From the IMG/VR virus record IMGVR_UViG_3300032053_000019, positions 34,440 through 98,439 of that record: a stretch of DNA of 64,000 nucleotides; one strand, given 5' to 3'. The DNA is from a virus. The notes beneath the pieces are model-generated. The model saw only the letters and a program-made list of their open reading frames with translations. It was not told the DNA's origin and ran no database searches. Position numbers and translations under genes: made by a program. This document shows positions 46,289 to 55,588 of the stretch, one piece after another (positions within the stretch are counted from its first letter, which is position 1; each line of letters starts with the position of its first letter).

Positions 46289-46819
46289 TTGAACAAGATA
46301 CTTATCGGGGCGTTATGTGCCTTTATGATCATAGCGGCTATTGTGGGGTACCAGTCAGGAGTGAAGTCGGGGGAGGCGAAGCAGGTCGCCGTGTTCAAGA
46401 CTCTGTCTCCATTGTTTCTGACTGCACGGGCAGGGGGCGCGAATGACTTCACCGTCTATAAGGGCGCGAAGTATGAGATGCTTCGGGTCGTATTCAAGGA
46501 TGGTGCGTGGTATCAGGTGACCTCTCTGCACCCGGTCAAGATCCGAACCTCTGCGGAAGACATCAACCAGACAGTGCGGGTAGTGTTTCTTCGTACGCTG
46601 GGCGATGTAACTCGGATCGTGCACAATCATTTTCTTAAGGAGGAATTGCCGCACTCCTTTACCGAAGGCAATCAGACATACGAGATAGTTGATGCTGACC
46701 CGTATGTCTTTTCCAAAGCTGACAAGGATGAACTTGCCAACCTCCGGGCTCTTGGGTTCACTGGGGAGTGGTGCATCTTCGTCGGTGGTAAGTTGATCAA
46801 GTATGAGGAGGAGAAATGA
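46289..46819 (+). CDS. hypothetical membrane-anchored protein
   Basis: N-terminal TM helix. Confidence 0.6.
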   Translation: MNKILIGALCAFMIIAAIVGYQSGVKSGEAKQVAVFKTLSPLFLTARAGGANDFTVYKGAKYEMLRVVFKDGAWYQVTSLHPVKIRTSAEDINQTVRVVFLRTLGDVTRIVHNHFLKEELPHSFTEGNQTYEIVDADPYVFSKADKDELANLRALGFTGEWCIFVGGKLIKYEEEK

Positions 46820-47388
46820 AAAAGATAGTGATTGATCCTGGGCATGGTGGAGTGGACTCTGGGGCGGTGAGTGATGATCTGCCTGGTGTCTATGAGAAGA
46901 CGTTTGCGCTGGATATCTCAAGACGCCTGAAGTGCCTGTTGGAACTGACTGGAAGGTTTGAGATCCGACTAACTAGGATAGCGGATGCTTTCGTTTCGTT
47001 GGATGACCGGTGCAAGATCGCGAACGATTGGGGGGCAGACCTTTTTGTCTCCATCCATCACAACGCACGCTTCAGTGAGCAACCGGGCATCGAGATCGAG
47101 ACCTGGTACCTCACCGGACTTCCTCCTTCTGCCTTTTCGTTCAGGGCCGCTGATCTGATTCAGAAGGGTCTGATCTTTGGCCTGAAGAAGCAAGGCGAGG
47201 CGGTGATTGATCGTGGTATCAAGCAGGCAAACTTCGCCGTCCTTCGGAGAACGAAGATGCCAGCCGTACTAACGGAACTCGGCTTTATAACGGACAAAGC
47301 AGAGGGGGAATGGTTATCTGAATCATTGAATAGGGGAGTCCTCGCAGAACTCCTGATGACCAGCATAGACGAAGCATTCGTAGTTTGA
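46816..47388 (+). CDS. N-acetylmuramoyl-L-alanine amidase (Amidase_3, endolysin)
   Basis: IDPGHGGVDSGA, EK, LTR, SIHHNA, PAVLTELGFI. Confidence 0.94.
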   Translation: MKKIVIDPGHGGVDSGAVSDDLPGVYEKTFALDISRRLKCLLELTGRFEIRLTRIADAFVSLDDRCKIANDWGADLFVSIHHNARFSEQPGIEIETWYLTGLPPSAFSFRAADLIQKGLIFGLKKQGEAVIDRGIKQANFAVLRRTKMPAVLTELGFITDKAEGEWLSESLNRGVLAELLMTSIDEAFVV

Positions 47389-47547
47389 TCGGTATGAGTC
47401 TCACCGAGAAGGAGCGCAAGATTGCCGAAGGCATACTTTATTATCTTGAGATCGGCTCGTCGTGGTGCTTCATCACGAAACAATATCATCCAATTGACCG
47501 CCGCGAACTAGAGCGGTTGGTCGCACTTTATAAGGAGGAGCAACAGA

Positions 47548-48675
47548 ATGTCAGGAACAGCATGGTCGGAAGCGGAACTAGCATATCTTCTGAAAAGGGC
47601 GGTTGATGATAACCAACCTATTCGGACGGTAGTTGACGAGATTAACCAAAAGTTTGCAGGTGCTCATCGTACCTACCATGGTGCCAAGTCAGTCTTGTGG
47701 GCCCATAGTGTGTGCCTTGAAGAACTAAGAGGCAACCGCATGAAGAAACGTGAGTCAATGATCATGGAGTCAAGGGAGAAAGCAAAGTTGAGAAACGAAG
47801 GACAACATGCCCTGCCTGTGCCCGATTCTCCTCCACCGAAACTTTCGGAAGCCGAGCTTCGCAAGCAACTGAGTGAGAAGGGATATAAGGTTGAGAAACT
47901 CTCGCCTGACAAGATGGACTTGAAGATTGATGTCAGTCACCTCTTCTCCGGGAACAAGATGAAGTTCGCCGTGATCAGTTGTACTCAACTCGGATCGAAG
48001 TATCAGCAGATAACTCACCTTCGGAGTTTCTACCGATACATTCAGGATCAAGGCATCAAGGTGGTCTTCCACTGCGGTGATATGGTCGATGGAATCAATG
48101 TTTACACCGGACAGGAATACGAACTATTTCTTCATGGTGAGAAGGCTCAAGGTGACTACTGCGTTGAGCATTATCCCAAGATGGAGGATGGTGGCAAGAC
48201 GTTGGTCATCGCTGGGAACCATGACTACTCGTTCATGAAGGAAGCCGGGTGTGACATCGTGGAGCGAATCTCTGAACGTCGGCCAGACATTGAGTATCTT
48301 GGAGCGTTCGGTGCCTTCCCGAAGACAGACTACTTGTCAATCTATCTTCAGCATGGTGGAGGCGGAATGGCCTATGCTCGATCCTATAAGATGCAGAAAC
48401 TCATTGAGCAGATGGCGCCTGAGATCAAACCTGATCTGTACTTCCTGGGGCATTGGCACACGACCTGTGCTTTGTTCGAGTACCGAAACGTCACGGCGTT
48501 CCTGATGGGATGTTTCCAATCGCAGACGCCGCACCTACGGCGGTTCGGATTGTATCCCGAGATCGGTGGCTTGATCATGGAAGTAACGATCAACGAGAAG
48601 ACACGAAAGCAAACCCTAGCGGACATGAAGTTCGAGTGGGTTCCGTTTTACATTCCCATTGAGAATGACTATTAG
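47548..48675 (+). CDS. metallophosphoesterase with N-terminal HTH-like region
   Basis: HCGDMVDG, AGNHD, H.GGG.AYA.SY, GHWH. Confidence 0.85.
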   Translation: MSGTAWSEAELAYLLKRAVDDNQPIRTVVDEINQKFAGAHRTYHGAKSVLWAHSVCLEELRGNRMKKRESMIMESREKAKLRNEGQHALPVPDSPPPKLSEAELRKQLSEKGYKVEKLSPDKMDLKIDVSHLFSGNKMKFAVISCTQLGSKYQQITHLRSFYRYIQDQGIKVVFHCGDMVDGINVYTGQEYELFLHGEKAQGDYCVEHYPKMEDGGKTLVIAGNHDYSFMKEAGCDIVERISERRPDIEYLGAFGAFPKTDYLSIYLQHGGGGMAYARSYKMQKLIEQMAPEIKPDLYFLGHWHTTCALFEYRNVTAFLMGCFQSQTPHLRRFGLYPEIGGLIMEVTINEKTRKQTLADMKFEWVPFYIPIENDY

Positions 48676-48687
48676 AAAGGAGCAAAC

Positions 48688-48927
48688 ATGGCAAAGATTA
48701 TCGTGAAGTTTAACGATGGTACTCCCGACTATGAGTACCAGGATGACATCGAACTTGAGAAGGCGAAGACATACGCCCACTCCATGACGACAGGTCGAGG
48801 CATTCGGATCCCGGTCGATGGCAAGTTGGTTTACAAGACAGTGACCCAGATCGACAAAGTGGAAGTTATCCCAACTGCCGGAGAGCAGGAAACCCGCCCA
48901 CTGAATGAGCGCCGGCGGAGATCCTAA
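48688..48927 (+). CDS. hypothetical protein
   Basis: RBS AAGGAG. Confidence 0.6.
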   Translation: MAKIIVKFNDGTPDYEYQDDIELEKAKTYAHSMTTGRGIRIPVDGKLVYKTVTQIDKVEVIPTAGEQETRPLNERRRRS

Positions 48928-49352
48928 TGCGTGGAGTCACCTTTGATCGTTGCGCCAAGCAACGAGTTGTCGCTTTGTTGATCAAGGGTGAGAAGGTCTG
49001 GTATGGCACTAACTGGTGTGAAAAGGAGCATGATTGTTGTCCACGAGGCAATCTGCCCACTGGTGTTGGATATGAACTTTGCCGAACTGAGTGTCGTCAG
49101 AGGTGCCATGCCGAAGTTGATGTCTTGATCAAGGCAGACGATCAGGCACGAGGTGGGGAACTGATCCTTTTTGGACATGACCACTTTTGTGAGCATTGTA
49201 TTGACATGATGAAACGGTACGGAGTTATCCATTGGGAAATCTTCGGAGGTAAACATGAGAACAACGAGTCAACAAAAATGGAGTCGGAAGTTCCAGAAAG
49301 AGCGGAGAAAGTGGAACCAGGAACATCCCAACGAGGCGTTGCTACTCCGTAA
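48927..49352 (+). CDS. dCMP/cytidine deaminase-like protein
   Basis: HAE and CEHC zinc motifs; CPR..G.GYELC. Confidence 0.8.
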   Translation: MRGVTFDRCAKQRVVALLIKGEKVWYGTNWCEKEHDCCPRGNLPTGVGYELCRTECRQRCHAEVDVLIKADDQARGGELILFGHDHFCEHCIDMMKRYGVIHWEIFGGKHENNESTKMESEVPERAEKVEPGTSQRGVATP

Positions 49353-49587
49353 CATTCGAGAGGCCAAACGAAAGGAACGCGCCAACGCCAAGGAACTTCG
49401 TGCAAAGGTCCGAGTGGAAAAGAAAAAGTTGAGAGCACTGAAGGCGAAGGAACGAAAGTTAGAAGAGTACCGAAACAATCCGAGGAAGTTTCTGCGGCGT
49501 ATGGCACCTTGGTTGAAGTTACCAGAAAAGTCAAAGACGAAGGCCGATCTGGTAAAGGCACTGGAGAAGGAGACGAAGGATGCCTAA
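49255..49587 (+). CDS. highly basic hypothetical protein
   Basis: RBS GGAGG; K/R-rich. Confidence 0.55.
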   Translation: MRTTSQQKWSRKFQKERRKWNQEHPNEALLLRNIREAKRKERANAKELRAKVRVEKKKLRALKAKERKLEEYRNNPRKFLRRMAPWLKLPEKSKTKADLVKALEKETKDA

Positions 49588-49909
49588 CGAAAAACCAATC
49601 GTTATGGATGATGAGCCCATCCACCTATACTTCGGCCTGTCGTATGCTCACTATCTAGTTCTACCACGGACGGCTCTGCAGTCAATGCCTATTGAATGGC
49701 AACGACGTTTTGTGGACTGCCTTCGAGAACTGGGTGACGAGATTGAGATCGGACCTGAGTGGCCACTTGCTTATTGGGTAACTCTGAAACATTTGGGTAC
49801 TAGGCGGTATGCCTCACTGGCAAAGAATGAACCTCTGCCTGCCTATGATAAAGGACGGGCACGAGTTGAACTGAATAGTGAAAGGAAGAAACGTGAGAAC
49901 AAGAAGTGA
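49580..49909 (+). CDS. hypothetical protein
   Basis: IH.YFGLSYA.YLVLPR..LQSMP.EWQ pattern; RBS AAGGAG. Confidence 0.7.
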   Translation: MPNEKPIVMDDEPIHLYFGLSYAHYLVLPRTALQSMPIEWQRRFVDCLRELGDEIEIGPEWPLAYWVTLKHLGTRRYASLAKNEPLPAYDKGRARVELNSERKKRENKK

Positions 49910-50271
49910 GATTGAGTTGGCGGGAAACCCTGTGAATATGAACGAGCAGTGGAAACCGGAGTCGCAGGCGGTCGTACTTCAGCAACTTCAGTTGGAGACT
50001 CTCTTGGATATACGGGATCTATTGACTTTACTTCAACCAACGATGGTGGATATGTTAAGGAAACATCATATGGTGGGGGTGTTTCCACTATGAGGAAACA
50101 AAAGTTCCCTGTTGATCAAAAGATCACTATGGTCAACAAGTGGCGCCATCGGTGCGACCTCTTGATCAAGAAAGGCGTGCCTGTCTGTCCTACCATATGT
50201 AAGTCATGTGACGAACTCGCAAAGGAGATTTGCGAAGATATAAAGGAGTGCCATGCTCAGCGGGGATTCAT

Positions 50272-50342
50272 GGGGCCGTCGTCTAGTGGCAGGATACCTG
50301 CCTGTGACGCAGGAGAGGGCGGTTCGAATCCGTCAGGTCCCT
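50272..50342 (+). tRNA. tRNA-His(GTG)-like gene, atypical
   Basis: Anticodon arm CCTGC-CTGTGAC-GCAGG, T arm GGCGG-TTCGAAT-CCGTC, D arm GTCT/GGAT; G7-A66 mismatch, no encoded CCA. Confidence 0.75.
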
Positions 50343-50377
50343 TATAATGCTCCAGGCTTATAATAGGCGGTTATAAA

Positions 50378-50809
50378 GTGTCAGGCTTATATTGGTTACA
50401 GCGCAAGGCGAAGGATCTGATCAAACCAAGAGTACTTGTGGTACCTGGTTATGCCTTCGAGAAGTACCCAGGTTGCTATTACCATCCGAGGAAGGAGGGT
50501 TATGGGGTATACTTTGAGGGGCGCTTCATTCTATTGGATAGGGGCTTGATCATCGTTTCGGAATCAGTGGACCGAGATAAGGACTTTCTTGCTAGTACGC
50601 TAGCCCATGAGTGGCGGCATCATTGGCAGTGGTTCAACTTCAAGTATAGGAAACCAGTAGTTGGGTTTGACTATGCGATTCCTTACCCTGAGGCCATAGT
50701 TAAGTTTTATCGGAATCGCAAGGAACTGGATGCCTTACTCTTCTCCCATGAAGTAGCGCCTTGTGATCTGACAAGACTCTGGAAAAGTTGGGTGGACAAA
50801 AATGCTTGA
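50378..50809 (+). CDS. HExxH metalloprotein
   Basis: LAHEWRHHWQ, E.DA. Confidence 0.65.
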   Translation: MSGLYWLQRKAKDLIKPRVLVVPGYAFEKYPGCYYHPRKEGYGVYFEGRFILLDRGLIIVSESVDRDKDFLASTLAHEWRHHWQWFNFKYRKPVVGFDYAIPYPEAIVKFYRNRKELDALLFSHEVAPCDLTRLWKSWVDKNA

Positions 50810-50834
50810 TTCGTGGAAACGAATCTCATATAAT
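50806..50834 (+). promoter_or_regulatory. sigma70-type promoter
   Basis: TTGATT-17bp-TATAAT followed by RBS AGGAG. Confidence 0.7.
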
Positions 50835-50856
50835 ATAAACATGAGAGGAGTAACAT

Positions 50857-51099
50857 ATGAGCAATGAGCAAAGTGAGGAATTCGAAGTCCTCCCGGTAAC
50901 AGAGGAGCCCAAGGCGAAGGAAGAGGAAACATCCAAGCCTCTCGTCGCCCAAAGGGCCCGCCCACGACACTCCCCGCCTTCAATGGTTGAGAATCGGTTG
51001 GCCCATCGGCAGGCGGGATACAAGCATGCAGTAGATGAGTATCGCCTGGACACCAGAGCCTATCACAAGCCGGGTTCTCGGAACCGGCATAAGATGTAA
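50857..51099 (+). CDS. hypothetical protein
   Basis: RBS AGGAG. Confidence 0.55.
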   Translation: MSNEQSEEFEVLPVTEEPKAKEEETSKPLVAQRARPRHSPPSMVENRLAHRQAGYKHAVDEYRLDTRAYHKPGSRNRHKM

Positions 51100-51476
51100 G
51101 GAGGTTGTTATGAGAAAAAAGGAAAAGTTCGGTTTGATCATCGGACTCGTTGCTATCCTCTGGGCGTTTTGGAAACTCATTACCAGGCAAGAGTTTGGTA
51201 AGTGGCATCGGGGACTTTATAGGTGATACCATGGGCAAACCAAGATACCAATGGGCCTTAGTTCATCGGTACATCGCTCATGACGATGTTGATCCTGTTT
51301 GTTGTAGTGAGCGATGCCCATCCTTCCATAAGAGGGATGGAGAGTCTCTCTGCTCACTTTCAGGAGTTGATCGTGCACTTCGGCAATCAATATATAAGAA
51401 GTTCCACCGGACTCCTGTCTGCCTAAGGGGTGAGGCGTTACACGAACAAGCAAATTTCTATAAGTTGGAGAAGTAA

Positions 51477-52439
51477 ATGTCATACATGCACATTGACAAT
51501 CTTTACAAAAACCAAGACATCCTTGACTTCAAGGAATGCTATGCCATGGAGAAGATTCATGGTACCTCAGCGCACGTTCGGTTTACTCGGGAGATTAAGA
51601 TCCCATCCTGCGTGGGTGAGGAGCATCTGAGTGACTATCCCGTGCCTCTCGTTACGGAGAAAGTGACTTTCTTCTCCGGAGGCGAGAAACACGAGACGTT
51701 CGTTGCCCTCTTTGATCAAGAAGCCCTGTTGGCAAAGTTCAAAGAGATCTTGCCTGGTCCCCCTCAGGGAGACGTGGAGATCTATGTCTATGGTGAGGCC
51801 TACGGAGGCAAGTGTCAAGGTATGAGCAAGACCTATGGAAAGGAACTTCGCTTCGTTGCCTTTGAAGTCAAGATCGGGCACTCCTGGTTGAAGGTACCTG
51901 ATGCTGAGGAAGTGGTGAGGAAGTTGGGTCTGGAGTTTGTCTTTTACAATAAGATTCCAGCGGTGATGTCAGCAATTGATTCGGTACGGGATGCCGACTC
52001 AGTACAGGCGATCAGGAACGGTATGGGTTTTGGGCACATTCGAGAAGGCATTGTCCTTCGCCCCCTATTTGAAGTCAAGAAGAATAGTGGTGAACGGGTG
52101 ATCGCAAAACACAAGCGCCCTGAGTTCACCGAAACTATGACAAAGAGGGAAGTCGATCCCACCAAACGGCAGGCACTTGAAGATGCTCAGGCAATCGCTA
52201 CAGAGTGGGTCACACCGATGCGACTCATCCATATACTTGATCAATTCCCGGGAGCCGATATAACAAAGACTGGTGAAGTGATCAAGACCATGGTTGCCGA
52301 TGTAGTCCGTGAGGCCGGCGAGGAGATCATGGACTCGAAGGAGGCGCGGAAAGCGATTGGTGCAAGAGCGGCCAAGTTATTCAAGATTCATCTACAGGAG
52401 AGTGCCTTTAAGGAGGCATCGTGTGTACTGACTGAATAG
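51477..52439 (+). CDS. RNA ligase (Rnl2-like)
   Basis: EKIHGT (motif I), YGEAYG, FEV, EGIVLRP, AKHK..F.E. Confidence 0.85.
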   Translation: MSYMHIDNLYKNQDILDFKECYAMEKIHGTSAHVRFTREIKIPSCVGEEHLSDYPVPLVTEKVTFFSGGEKHETFVALFDQEALLAKFKEILPGPPQGDVEIYVYGEAYGGKCQGMSKTYGKELRFVAFEVKIGHSWLKVPDAEEVVRKLGLEFVFYNKIPAVMSAIDSVRDADSVQAIRNGMGFGHIREGIVLRPLFEVKKNSGERVIAKHKRPEFTETMTKREVDPTKRQALEDAQAIATEWVTPMRLIHILDQFPGADITKTGEVIKTMVADVVREAGEEIMDSKEARKAIGARAAKLFKIHLQESAFKEASCVLTE

Positions 52440-52823
52440 ATGGAGGTGGAACCCATGAAGATCATATTTGTGAAGCAGTGCAACTGTACTTCCTGCGTAC
52501 TGGATCGTCTCTTGTTCCCGGCCTATGCCAAGGCTATGATTGAGGCGACGGATAAGATGATCATGGGCCCATTAAAAAGAAAGGAACGAAAAATGCCAGG
52601 AAAGATCATTGAGTATCGGCATCACGGAGTCCTAGTCAAGGCTGATGAGGAACTAGCAGGAAAGCATAGAGACCACTGCCTATGCTTTAGGAACTGTGCA
52701 AGGTTCAAGCCAGAGGAACGGGAGAAGAACTGTCACATCGCAAATGTTCTCTTCGCCGTTGATCAGGCCTTCGGTCTTGTTACTCCTGTCTATGAATGCC
52801 CATTATATGGGCCAGAACAGTAA
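52440..52823 (+). CDS. hypothetical Cys-rich protein
   Basis: CLCF.NC..F..C..ECP; start uncertain. Confidence 0.5.
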   Translation: MEVEPMKIIFVKQCNCTSCVLDRLLFPAYAKAMIEATDKMIMGPLKRKERKMPGKIIEYRHHGVLVKADEELAGKHRDHCLCFRNCARFKPEEREKNCHIANVLFAVDQAFGLVTPVYECPLYGPEQ

Positions 52824-52837
52824 GTGTAAAGTAATGC

Positions 52838-52867
52838 TTGACACTTAGATTTCTTATGCTATATAAT
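52838..52867 (+). promoter_or_regulatory. sigma70-type promoter
   Basis: TTGACA-18bp-TATAAT; shares extended sequence with promoter at 1877. Confidence 0.8.
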
Positions 52868-52915
52868 ATCAGCATGGGCGAGAAACTCGACTCCCTAATC
52901 TTAGTGAGGTGACCA

Positions 52916-53431
52916 ATGAAGAGAACTGGACTTTTCTTTGCGGTCGCTTTCCTCTTGATCCTGTCCTTAGGCATGTTCCTCGGGAACTCAGCCATGAGGC
53001 AGATCAGTCAAGATGTTAGCGAGAACAAGGACAGGCTCGGTACGATCAAGGCCACTCTTGAGGAACTTCAACAGCGCGTTGAGACGTTAGAGCAGTCGTT
53101 CCCCGTTCCTATGGTCGGTGTGGCATCGTGGTATGGTGACTGGGAAGAGCGGGCTGGAAACCGCACCGCTAACGGAGAGATCTTCCGAAAGGATGGCTTT
53201 ACCGTTGCCCATCGTACCTTACCATTCGGGACCGTCTTGATCATCGAAAACACCATGAACGGACGCATGGTCCCGGCTGTCGTCAATGATCGTGGTCCCT
53301 ATATTGACGGACGATCAATTGACTTGACTGAAGGATTAGCAAAACGTTTGGGTTTCATTGAACGAGGATTGGTGGAGGTGCGGTACTATGCACTGTACAC
53401 ACCAGTATCGGTTTCAGCAAGGAGGCCGTAG
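52916..53431 (+). CDS. RlpA-like lytic transglycosylase (DPBB)
   Basis: GVASWYG, TANGE, AHRTLPFGT, NDRGPY, IDL; N-terminal TM. Confidence 0.92.
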   Translation: MKRTGLFFAVAFLLILSLGMFLGNSAMRQISQDVSENKDRLGTIKATLEELQQRVETLEQSFPVPMVGVASWYGDWEERAGNRTANGEIFRKDGFTVAHRTLPFGTVLIIENTMNGRMVPAVVNDRGPYIDGRSIDLTEGLAKRLGFIERGLVEVRYYALYTPVSVSARRP

Positions 53432-53722
53432 GTGAAGAAATTCTTTAAGTTACTCGGCAACATCGGTTTGGGTTTGTTTATCCTTGTTGTCGGCGGGTTC
53501 TTCATTATCTTCTTGGTAGTCATCCGAGTTGTCTTCCATGTCTTGGAACGGATCCTGTACTATCCCCACCTGGTGGTCAGGGCCATCGCTAATGGAAGTT
53601 CTAGTCTCCTCAAGCTTTTCGTGACCGGCTATGAAACGGAAGCCGCCAAAAAACGGAAGGAGAAAAGGGGAGTGATTGTTGGTGGGGTTGGCCCCTGGAC
53701 TAAGAAGGGGAGGCAGGTATGA
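53432..53722 (+). CDS. membrane protein
   Basis: Long hydrophobic segment. Confidence 0.55.
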   Translation: MKKFFKLLGNIGLGLFILVVGGFFIIFLVVIRVVFHVLERILYYPHLVVRAIANGSSSLLKLFVTGYETEAAKKRKEKRGVIVGGVGPWTKKGRQV

Positions 53723-54465
53723 CTATTCAAATAACGAAGGCGTCATCCGTGGAGAAGTTCCTTATTATGATCATGGTAGTCCTCCTATTGGTAGTGGGTG
53801 GGGTAGCCTATTACGTAGGCACTGGCCATGCCAATTCGGGACTTCAGAAGCAAGTGAATGATCTGATCGCCAAGATTAACGACCTGGTCAGTCGTGTGGT
53901 AAAGGATGACATTCAGATTGCTGGCCTCCAGACTGAGAGAGATTCGGAGAAGGCCCAGCGTCTTGTCCTCTCCGCAAAGAATCAGATACTTGAGAAGTCA
54001 AACCAGGGATTGATAGTTGAGAACGTCGAATACAAAAAGCAGATTAAGTTAATGTCTGACATTCAGGTTGCCGAGCAGATGGGCAAGTGGATTGGGCAGG
54101 CAGAGGTTCAGGCGTTCATCAATAGTCAGTGGCATTTTTCTTTGACCCGCCCGGGCGGAGAGAAGACGTTAGAAATCTTTAAGGATCGTGACACGTACTT
54201 CTCTCTAGCCACCAATCGTTTGGAGCAGATCACTACTAAGGACTCCACCATCAAGTCATTGGAAACGGACCTGACTCTATCAGGAGATCAGACAAAGATT
54301 GCCATCGCTGGTCGTGATGAGGCGGTCAAGTACCTAGTTGAAGCGAAGGTCACGATCAAGGACTTGAATAAGAAGTTGAGGTTGTCCTTCCTGAAGAACA
54401 CGGGCATTGGTTTGGGAGTAGGAACTCTCGTGACAGTGGTCGTGTTTAGTCTGGTGAAGAAATGA
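53719..54465 (+). CDS. membrane-anchored coiled-coil protein (spanin-like candidate)
   Basis: N- and C-terminal TM helices with coiled coil between. Confidence 0.55.
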   Translation: MTIQITKASSVEKFLIMIMVVLLLVVGGVAYYVGTGHANSGLQKQVNDLIAKINDLVSRVVKDDIQIAGLQTERDSEKAQRLVLSAKNQILEKSNQGLIVENVEYKKQIKLMSDIQVAEQMGKWIGQAEVQAFINSQWHFSLTRPGGEKTLEIFKDRDTYFSLATNRLEQITTKDSTIKSLETDLTLSGDQTKIAIAGRDEAVKYLVEAKVTIKDLNKKLRLSFLKNTGIGLGVGTLVTVVVFSLVKK

Positions 54466-54713
54466 CAACGACAAAGATCCTCGGCGCCATGTCTGCAGTG
54501 GGAACGATTCTGTTCCTCGTGCAAGGCAAGTTGGTTGAGTGCGGTCTTTGGGGTATCATCACTATCTTGTGCATGATTCTAAGTGAGTTGGAAGAACTCA
54601 ACCAGACCCTAAAGAAAAAGTGACAGGTTGAAATATGATCAACTCAGTCAATCAGTACAGTATATATGAGCCCGGCGAAGGCAACGAGTGTGCCTGTAGC
54701 CAGGTCGTAGGTT

Positions 54714-54986
54714 GTGCAGTGGCATAATCTTAACATTGGTTTCAAAGTTTCAATAAACTCTGGTGCCTCCCTCGTCATCTATCTTATTAACTTCCATATC
54801 CTGACTCTTGAGGCCGCCATGTGGCCGGCCATTGAACGAATCTACCCAGTTGCCATCGGTGCCCTAACTGGCGCCTTTGCTGGTTTCCTTGTGAAGAGGG
54901 CCGCCAACAACAAATTGGAATCTACCGCCATTCTTGAAAAGATCAAGAAGGGTGTTGTCGAAGAAAGTAAAGAAGGAGAAAAGTAA
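54714..54986 (+). CDS. small membrane protein (holin candidate)
   Basis: Two hydrophobic segments, charged C-terminus; start uncertain. Confidence 0.45.
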   Translation: MQWHNLNIGFKVSINSGASLVIYLINFHILTLEAAMWPAIERIYPVAIGALTGAFAGFLVKRAANNKLESTAILEKIKKGVVEESKEGEK

Positions 54987-55588
54987 TGCCCTATCCCAAT
55001 CAACATTCACTCCGCCTTCAGGACCCGGGCAAGTTCGACGAGTTTCGGACAACCGCAGGCGGTAAGCTTTTTAACAAGGTCGATGTGCCCAAGACGATCA
55101 GCATTATCTGGGGGCACTTGAAGGGTGAAGACAAAGGTACCTTTGTCCCCCAGGCTCTTCGCTTCCCGATCAAGTCCTGGACTGAAGAGAAGGCGAAGGC
55201 ATGGATCAAAGACAACGAAGTCAAAGGATCCTTTGAGGCGGCAACGGAAGAGGCACTGTCTGGTCTCTTTACTCGCTACCAGGAACTCAAGACGCTTTCG
55301 GAACAGGCGTTCCAGTCCCTTCGTGATCGTCTGTATCGTGTGGTTCAGACAAAGTTTCCTGACTTCTGGTTGGATGACTGGTCGGAGAATGCTGTCCTCC
55401 TCCGTAAGAGGGAGAAGTATGATGCGGCCACCCACATGGTTGCGGTTAGTCAGGATCCTCCTAACATTTACCACCAGGTCAAGTACGTGATTGATTCTGA
55501 TGGCGAGATCGTGTTCGATGGTGAGCCCAAGAAGGTTCGGCAAGTTATCAATTACGTTCCTATTGAGGAACCGGCGGGAGGCAAATAA
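54986..55588 (+). CDS. hypothetical head-associated protein
   Basis: RBS AAGGAG; directly upstream of prohead protease. Confidence 0.65.
   Translation: MPYPNQHSLRLQDPGKFDEFRTTAGGKLFNKVDVPKTISIIWGHLKGEDKGTFVPQALRFPIKSWTEEKAKAWIKDNEVKGSFEAATEEALSGLFTRYQELKTLSEQAFQSLRDRLYRVVQTKFPDFWLDDWSENAVLLRKREKYDAATHMVAVSQDPPNIYHQVKYVIDSDGEIVFDGEPKKVRQVINYVPIEEPAGGK

Noticed and set aside
49819-49830. 12-nt match GGCAAAGAATGA to the reconstructed U0 target
   Set aside because: Flanks mismatch, and a 12-mer hit is roughly expected by chance across all units.
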